A stretch of 64,000 nt of DNA. It comes from Balanoglossus misakiensis (Eukaryota > Animalia > Hemichordata). The notes under the pieces were generated by a model. It searched no databases. It saw only the letters and a program-made list of their open reading frames with translations, and was not told the origin of the DNA. This document shows positions 58,301 to 64,000 of this stretch, piece after piece. The stretch is from assembly GCA_040954595.2 (NCBI GenBank), contig CM082586.2, positions 3,392,349 through 3,456,348 of the forward strand, given 5' to 3'. The position numbers and the translations under genes are program-made. How positions within the stretch are numbered: the stretch's first letter is position 1; every line of letters begins with the position of its first letter.

Positions 58301-58596
58301 ATGACTGTGGCAGAGCGTTAGGACTTGGACAACAGAAGTCTGCCCCCACAGACAAAATGAAGAAATGTTGACGAATTCAAACTTGAGAACCGGTACATGT
58401 ATTGAGAACAGTACACAACATATTCTATCATCTTGTTGAGTTTTGTGTCAGAAATGATGCGATAGAAGATTATATTTGACTTTTTCCAGCAAGTGAGCAT
58501 TACTGTGTCTGCTTTGAAGATGGTGGTGAAATTTTGTCTGATATATTGAACGTAACATTTAACCAGACAATACATGTTCACTCATGCACACATGCG

Positions 58597-58617
58597 CACA
58601 CACACACACACACACAC
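58597..58617. repeat. (CA)10 microsatellite, read as (UG)n in the GPCR pre-mRNA
   Basis: Read directly; it lies ~63-84 nt inside the exon-1 donor. Confidence 0.9.
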
Positions 58618-58680
58618 TCTGCTATCAGTCAAATGAAATGAATGACTTCACACACAGAGAGGCCAAGAAATTGTACTAAC

Positions 58681-59683
58681 CCAGCATCTTCACGACTTGT
58701 TTTCTTGTTTTGACGGCGGCGTCAATTCGAAAGCTGCTCTTGAGGCGTCCGTTCCGGCGCTTGAAACTGGAGTTGCGATGACCATCCGAAATCTCGTTCC
58801 GTGACAAGACTTTAGCGATCAGACTGTAGAGGATACTAATGAGAGTCATTGGTATCACAAACAGTACCAATGCGCTGTAGATGTAAAATTTATCCAACAA
58901 GTTCTCGTCGGCGCTGGATCGATAGTAGCACATGAGCGAGCGCTCCGGGTTCGACTCGACCATGACCTGGACGGTGAAGGTGGTGGCGGCCGGGATGGCG
59001 ATGGTGAACGACACAAACCAGATCAGCAGGATCATTTTGATCACCCTGGACTTCTTGATCATGGTCTTGGCCTTGATGGGGTGGCAGATGGCGATGTAGC
59101 GCTCCACGGTGAAGGTGGTGATGTTGAGGACCGTGGTGTAGGTGCAGGCCTCGATGAAGTAGTACCGGGTCCAGCAGAGGAACTCGCCGAAAACCCAGGG
59201 GTAGATTTGAAAGATGGAGGCGATTTCAATCGGGCTGGTGAGAACAAACACCAGGAAGTCGGACACGGCCAAACTCAGCAGATAATAGTTTGTCGTCGTC
59301 CTCATGTTTCGGTTGCGGACAATCACAATGATGGTGAAGAGGTTGCCAAGGAGACCCACGATGGACAGTCCCATGATGACCACAACAAAAGGTACGATCA
59401 GCGAGTATCCGTAGTGTGGCGGTCCGATGTATTGTTCCACGGGCTCCAGCACCGTTCCGTTGTCCGCTGCCGTGCTGTTGGCCATCGTCAGAATCATATT
59501 GGCCACTTTGATGGGAAAGCCTGTCGCCGGGACAAGATTCGTATCCAACGGCCCGGCGTCGGTCTCCGCGCTTGTACTCAAGTCGAAATCCAGCACTCCC
59601 GTCTCCGTTGTGTTCGGCAACCCCCCACTGGTAAACACAGTGGCAGATGTAGAAAAGGACATGTTCTCTGCTGGAGTCGTCAT
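58681..59683 (-). CDS. Coding exon 1 (N-terminus, TM1-TM5, ICL3) of a class A peptide GPCR, ghrelin/motilin/neuromedin-U (PRXamide) receptor family
   Basis: The ORF has the family motifs GLLGN (TM1), MRTTTNYYLLSLAVSD (TM2), YPWVFGEFLC, EACTYTTVLNITTFTVERYIAICHP (TM3, ERY variant), IW...AIP (TM4), LFVIPMTLISILY (TM5) and RKQVVKML. The N-terminus is Ser/Thr-rich with sequons NMS, NTT, NST and NGT. The exon ends AAG ATG CTG G|GTTAGT, a phase-1 donor at 58680. Confidence 0.96.
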
Positions 59684-59913
59684 GCTGCGATATCAGGTAA
59701 AGCCAACTGTTGCCGGTGAACAAAATCCCAAGAACGTAAACAGTTATCTTTTCAAACAGGGAGAGAATAGACTCGAGGAATTCCACCACACCACAGCACT
59801 GCACTGCACGCAGAAAAAAAACTTGACGTCTTCAGCACTGATGAGAAAATTATGGATCAAACAGAACGGAACTTGGTCCAATTTCGACAGTGCTGGAGAA
59901 TACTCGCTCGATG

Positions 59914-59930
59914 GAGAGAGAGAGAGAGAG
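59914..59930. repeat. (GA)8 microsatellite upstream of the GPCR ATG
   Basis: Read directly from the sequence. Confidence 0.85.
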
Positions 59931-60429
59931 CAGCTGTTACGAACTGGCAACTTAATTCACTTGACGGCTACCCTTTACTTTTACTTTGTGCGGCGGTAAT
60001 TTACAGAAAGAGCCAGCGGTGAATCGCACAGACACTCCCCCACACGCATCTTATCATAAACAGTTCCATCCGACTCATATATGGCGAAATGGGCTGTGCC
60101 TCACATAATTCATGTGATAAATAATTCATGCCACTCCGAGCTGCCGTGTGCCAATCAGTGATACAATTCACTTGCGTTGGTTGTATCTGAATCACACAAA
60201 AGCGCTTCAGAGCTGACGTGCGATTTTTTCGAAATATCCACACTGTTCAATATTGTTCGCTCAACGATATGAGAAGTGGGCTTCTTCTTCAGGGAATCCA
60301 GTGGAAGTCTTCATGAGATGAGGAAAAAAATTAACATAGAGTCCTGATTCATCATCATATTAAGATGAGAGAGACGTCTTTCAGATATCGATTTGTTTTG
60401 TTCCCTTCTGTGTCGTCCGCGCATCAATT

Positions 60430-60560
60430 GCAGCTCATTGGATAAAAGTGTCCCTTAATTATCAGGGGTTGTCGCCGATCCAATCCAGCGAGCTCGTTTA
60501 ACAACCACAGCCAACCATGGCGACACACGCTGCCCGCCCCAGCGCTGTAATATTACAAAG
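60430..60560. promoter_or_regulatory. Putative proximal promoter elements of the GPCR
   Basis: ATTGG/CCAAT motifs (~60437, ~60480), an X-box half-site CCATGGCGAC (~60515) and a GC-box CCCGCCCC (~60533), in a CpG-enriched zone ~0.8 kb upstream of the ATG. Confidence 0.35.
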
Positions 60561-60855
60561 AAGGAAGCAAGGGAGGGAGGCTTTGTAACATCTCAATGAA
60601 ACCGACAAATAACTGTCTCTCCTTACGCCGCACTCACTCTACACCTTCAAGGGAAAACCTATGATGTCAATAGACCCGGCAATGTGCCTACAACAATGTA
60701 ATTACATCGTCAATGCACTATACTTTGCATTCACTGCGTTTTCAATAGCACATTACCAGACTCTCTGTGGGTTACTCGGTGCGTCGGTTACTTCAGTTTT
60801 TACACCGGGATGCGTTCTCTATTCCCACAGCGATCGACGCGCGAACAAAATTCAC

Positions 60856-61094
60856 CTTGCCCGAGCATTTACGCCGATGTGGACGTAATCAGTCCTTCCC
60901 AAGGTTGACCCTCGCAGGAATCGGTGGCTTTGATCGCTCACAATTGCGACACTTCCCTCTTTTGTGGCTCCACAACTCGTCCGCTCTCAGATGTTTTTCT
61001 GGTGCTGATGTTTCATTCCAGAGCTTTCTTGGCAACGAGGAACAGGGATGGCGTCTGTTTCTCGCGTAGTCGGTTAGAGTGACGGTTAGCTCTC
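60856..61094 (-). other. Candidate 239-nt exon upstream of the GPCR start (5' UTR exon, or alternative exon of the host gene)
   Basis: Strong acceptor gtcttgtcttatacctctgtttcag| and donor CAAG|GTGAAT. The sequence is CpG-rich and has stops in all three frames; phase 1 stays open until the TGA at 60891-60889. Confidence 0.4.
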
Positions 61095-62149
61095 CTGAAA
61101 CAGAGGTATAAGACAAGACCTGATGTTAAAAATCATTACATCGGCAAACTCACCATCTTTGGCATTATCTGGAATTGTTTGTTTCATTGTAAAAAAGTAC
61201 TGTATATAGCTGTGTTTTTCCACACCGTCTCAGTTATGATAGACACCGGAAATTAAAGATCCATTAACTGTAACTTGTTTTTCTGCATTTCTCTTGTGTG
61301 AATCAGCTGGACGTTGTCGTTCAACTCCTCAATGCATGATGAACTGCCCAAAACTCTCATTACTATACACTATAAACGCTTTCCACTGGTCACTTAACTT
61401 AGGCCTTCTAAAAAGCGCAGTCGAAGGGCATCAAAACCACCTGCACACCTTATTTTCAATTAAATCAACATGTCATTTGTTTCGCATGAGACCTGTTTTT
61501 AATAGAGCATAAAACTTCTCAAAATAGAATGGAAAAAAGTATGGTATAAGTAAATGCAAGCAATCTACTGCGAATTTTTGCTTTGCATGGCTGATGATGT
61601 TTTATACAAGTGATTCTGATAGGAGGTTTGGAAAAAATTAGTAAGTTCAAGCATTTCCCCCCTCCCACCCACCCCTATTTTCACAGACTTCACATATTTA
61701 TCTGAAGATGTCAACGTCAAACGAGAGAATTGCAAAATGTGGGTGACTGAAGGATAGAAGTAAGGCGGTTGGGTTTGTGAGATTCATCAAAACATGGCTG
61801 TGAGCAGGAGATGGTTCATGCCCCAAAATGTCTGGTGAACAGCAGAATTTTAAACGTGACAAAAAATGTTCGCACATCGCCAATCATACACAAAAATCCA
61901 TCAATTTATTTCTGATGAACAACAAAAATGGCAGTACACAGCGTGGCCCATTGATTACAAGTAGTGGCAAGTATCAATTACTGTCCGATTTGAAAACAAT
62001 TTCAAACAAATAAATGTCCTTGGTACATGCATCAAATCCCACAATAAATTAACTGTGTGCAATGGAAGATCTCTGTCCCCATGGTAACCATTCTATCAGG
62101 GTAGCTGTTTTGATCAAATGCAATCAAGAACTCCATTTGCATGAATTTG

Positions 62150-62196
62150 TGTTATGTTGTATTGTATTGTATTGTATTGTGTTGTAGTGTATTGTA
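62150..62196. repeat. (TATTG)n pentanucleotide tract
   Basis: gttatgttgtattgtattgtattgtattgtgttgtagtgtattgta. Confidence 0.85.
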
Positions 62197-64000
62197 AAAT
62201 TTTCATTAAATTTCTTTTTACATTCGTGTAACTTTAAACTGTTTTTCGAAATGTTATCTGTAGTGTGTAATATTACTTGTACTCCAAAATGCTAAATAAT
62301 ATATCAGCAAGCTTTCAAACCATCCGTCCTGAAGCACCATCACGAGCAAAAGTCAACGCAATAAGCAATTAGGACAGAACAGCTCGTCGACGGACAATTG
62401 AGAAGATAAAATTAGTTTCTACTACTGTATCCTGCAGATATATGTCATGGTAACCTGTCAGTTTGTGCAATAAAACTCATCTGATTGTTTTCACACGAAT
62501 CGTCACACTGCCACTCCACATCACCCCCACAGTAAGTTTTATTCCACTGTAACTTTCCAACGCACTTCAGAGATATTAACTGATTGAACTCCTCTTCGCA
62601 CAATCTATCCAAGGATTGCAACTTGGACAGAGATTTGACGTTGCATTCTTCATGAATGACAGGATATTAATATCACTTATCCCTTGCCAACTTCGTGATA
62701 CCAAGTATTACCAGAAAAAAAATTCCAAAACTGTATCATGCTGAGTTGTGGTCATTGTAGGTGACAAATTTAACTTTCCCATTGACGATTCAAAAGAAAC
62801 CCATTTCTGGAATCTAAAATCTGTGAAAAAGGGATACCAAGGGAGTTTAATACACTGTGACCAAATCATCACTTAATCCAAAGCCCTACATGTAAATGCA
62901 ACACCACAATCAGTGTTGAAATCACAAGCTATGCCTGGATCTCTTTCGAGGAAAAAAACGTCCTCCTGAACGCTGACCTTGGCCCTATTCAAGGTGATCT
63001 GTACGCTTACACAGCTGACAGAATTAAATTTTTCAAATGAATACAGCATACAAGATTAATGTTGTTATAAATCTCCAACCAATAAACACATAAAACACAT
63101 CTTAATCTTCAGAGTTACACAGTTGATGGCATTTACCAGACTACAGTCTGATACACACAGTATTAAAATTTCAAAGATATATAAATTGCCAGTGCTTCGT
63201 CATCGTATAAACGTAGCCGACAAAATAAAGAAGAAAGTACTGAATCTGAAGAAGAAGCTGTCAGTGAGGGCAGTCATATTCTTTGAACTGATAAACCACC
63301 TGTTGATCAAATATGGCCTCATTTTGAGGAAATGTTTTGAAAGCGAAAAAGTAGCCATCATTATTTTATATTAGCCTTGGGTTTTGTGTGAGATATTATG
63401 TATATTGTTCATCAACAATGAAAATGGAGCTGACAGTTGAACAACTCTGTTTACCAAGGATTGTATGGAAAATTCATGTTTTTAGTTTGTCAAGTGGACA
63501 CGTTTTTTGTCTTCTAAATACATGTAGTGTAAATCCAAATTGGATTATCAGAACTCCCCTAAATCTCGGAATTTTTCTAACTTTCTTAGGTTCATACTTA
63601 TCACAAATTAACCAAACCAAATACTTGCCCACCGACACATACCATAACTCTAGTATGATCATTTTACTTGATCCGGAAAATTGTTATCAAAATTATATCA
63701 CCAGTAGATCATCTCACTGAGAATACAACAACTACATTGCTACTGAAACAGTCAGAGCTCCCTGGCAACCAGTGCTTTTTTCTGCTCTTCGACCTTTTTC
63801 ACCATTGTTCGTACTGACCCCCCACCCTCTCCAAATTTGCCACCATCATCCCTGTTGCTTTGCCTCAGTGAACACGAATGAAAATGTCACATGAATCCAA
63901 GAAACACACCAAAAAAAGCAGCCGTTATCTACATGGAACAAATGCAACACTACAATACAGTACAACAGTTAAATTGTTACATAAAGCAAATAGTTCCTAT

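Larger units (their letters stand above)
12491..58680 (-). other. 46,190-bp phase-1 GT-AG intron of the GPCR
   Basis: Donor GTTAGT and acceptor TTTTTTACAG join TM5/ICL3 to TM6 in frame with no receptor segment missing. Confidence 0.88.

Noticed and set aside
12491-58680. Recursive-splicing (ratchet) sites or a duplicated, mutually exclusive TM6-7 exon in the giant intron
   Set aside because: Only weak candidates were seen (tttatttcag|gtacat at ~45298; polyY-caagtaagt at ~48535 lacking AG|GT). No second CWxP/NPxxY exon was found by eye.
59059-59999. Long overlapping ORFs (212, 192, 190 and 62 aa) on both strands
   Set aside because: They are shadow frames of the GC-rich GPCR exon and have no independent protein features.
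63752-63863. Purine-rich minus-strand frame QSNRDDGGKFGEGGGSVRTMVKKVEEQKKALVAREL*
   Set aside because: It is short, has a poor acceptor (GAG, or CAG without a pyrimidine tract) and shows no recognisable homology.
1-64000. CRISPR arrays, tRNA/rRNA genes, transposase or reverse-transcriptase ORFs, prokaryotic operons
   Set aside because: I saw no regular repeat-spacer arrays, RNA gene signatures or such long ORFs. The DNA is spliceosomal-intron-containing eukaryotic sequence.

Overview
AT-rich, intron-dominated animal genomic DNA with no prokaryotic features. The repeat style (TTAA-flanked MITE ends, abundant TACATGTA) and gene content suggest an invertebrate deuterostome, possibly a hemichordate; this is inference. 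Two minus-strand genes are supported. (1) A complete two-coding-exon rhodopsin-class peptide GPCR of the ghrelin/motilin/neuromedin-U receptor family: exon 59683-58681, a 46,190-bp phase-1 GT-AG intron, and exon 12490-12192, giving 433 aa. (2) The last two coding exons of an HS1BP3-like gene (3914-3776 and 3310-3043). I could not find the PX-domain exons of HS1BP3 anywhere in the window, so the whole GPCR may be nested on the same strand in an HS1BP3 intron, with frame-compatible (phase 1) splice sites. Other leads are a possible GHS-R1b-like 5-TM truncated isoform, a chain of candidate microexons at 5.6-9.0 kb, a signal-peptide-like small ORF inside the receptor intron, and motif-rich putative enhancers. 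Most other ORFs in the track look like chance or shadow ORFs.
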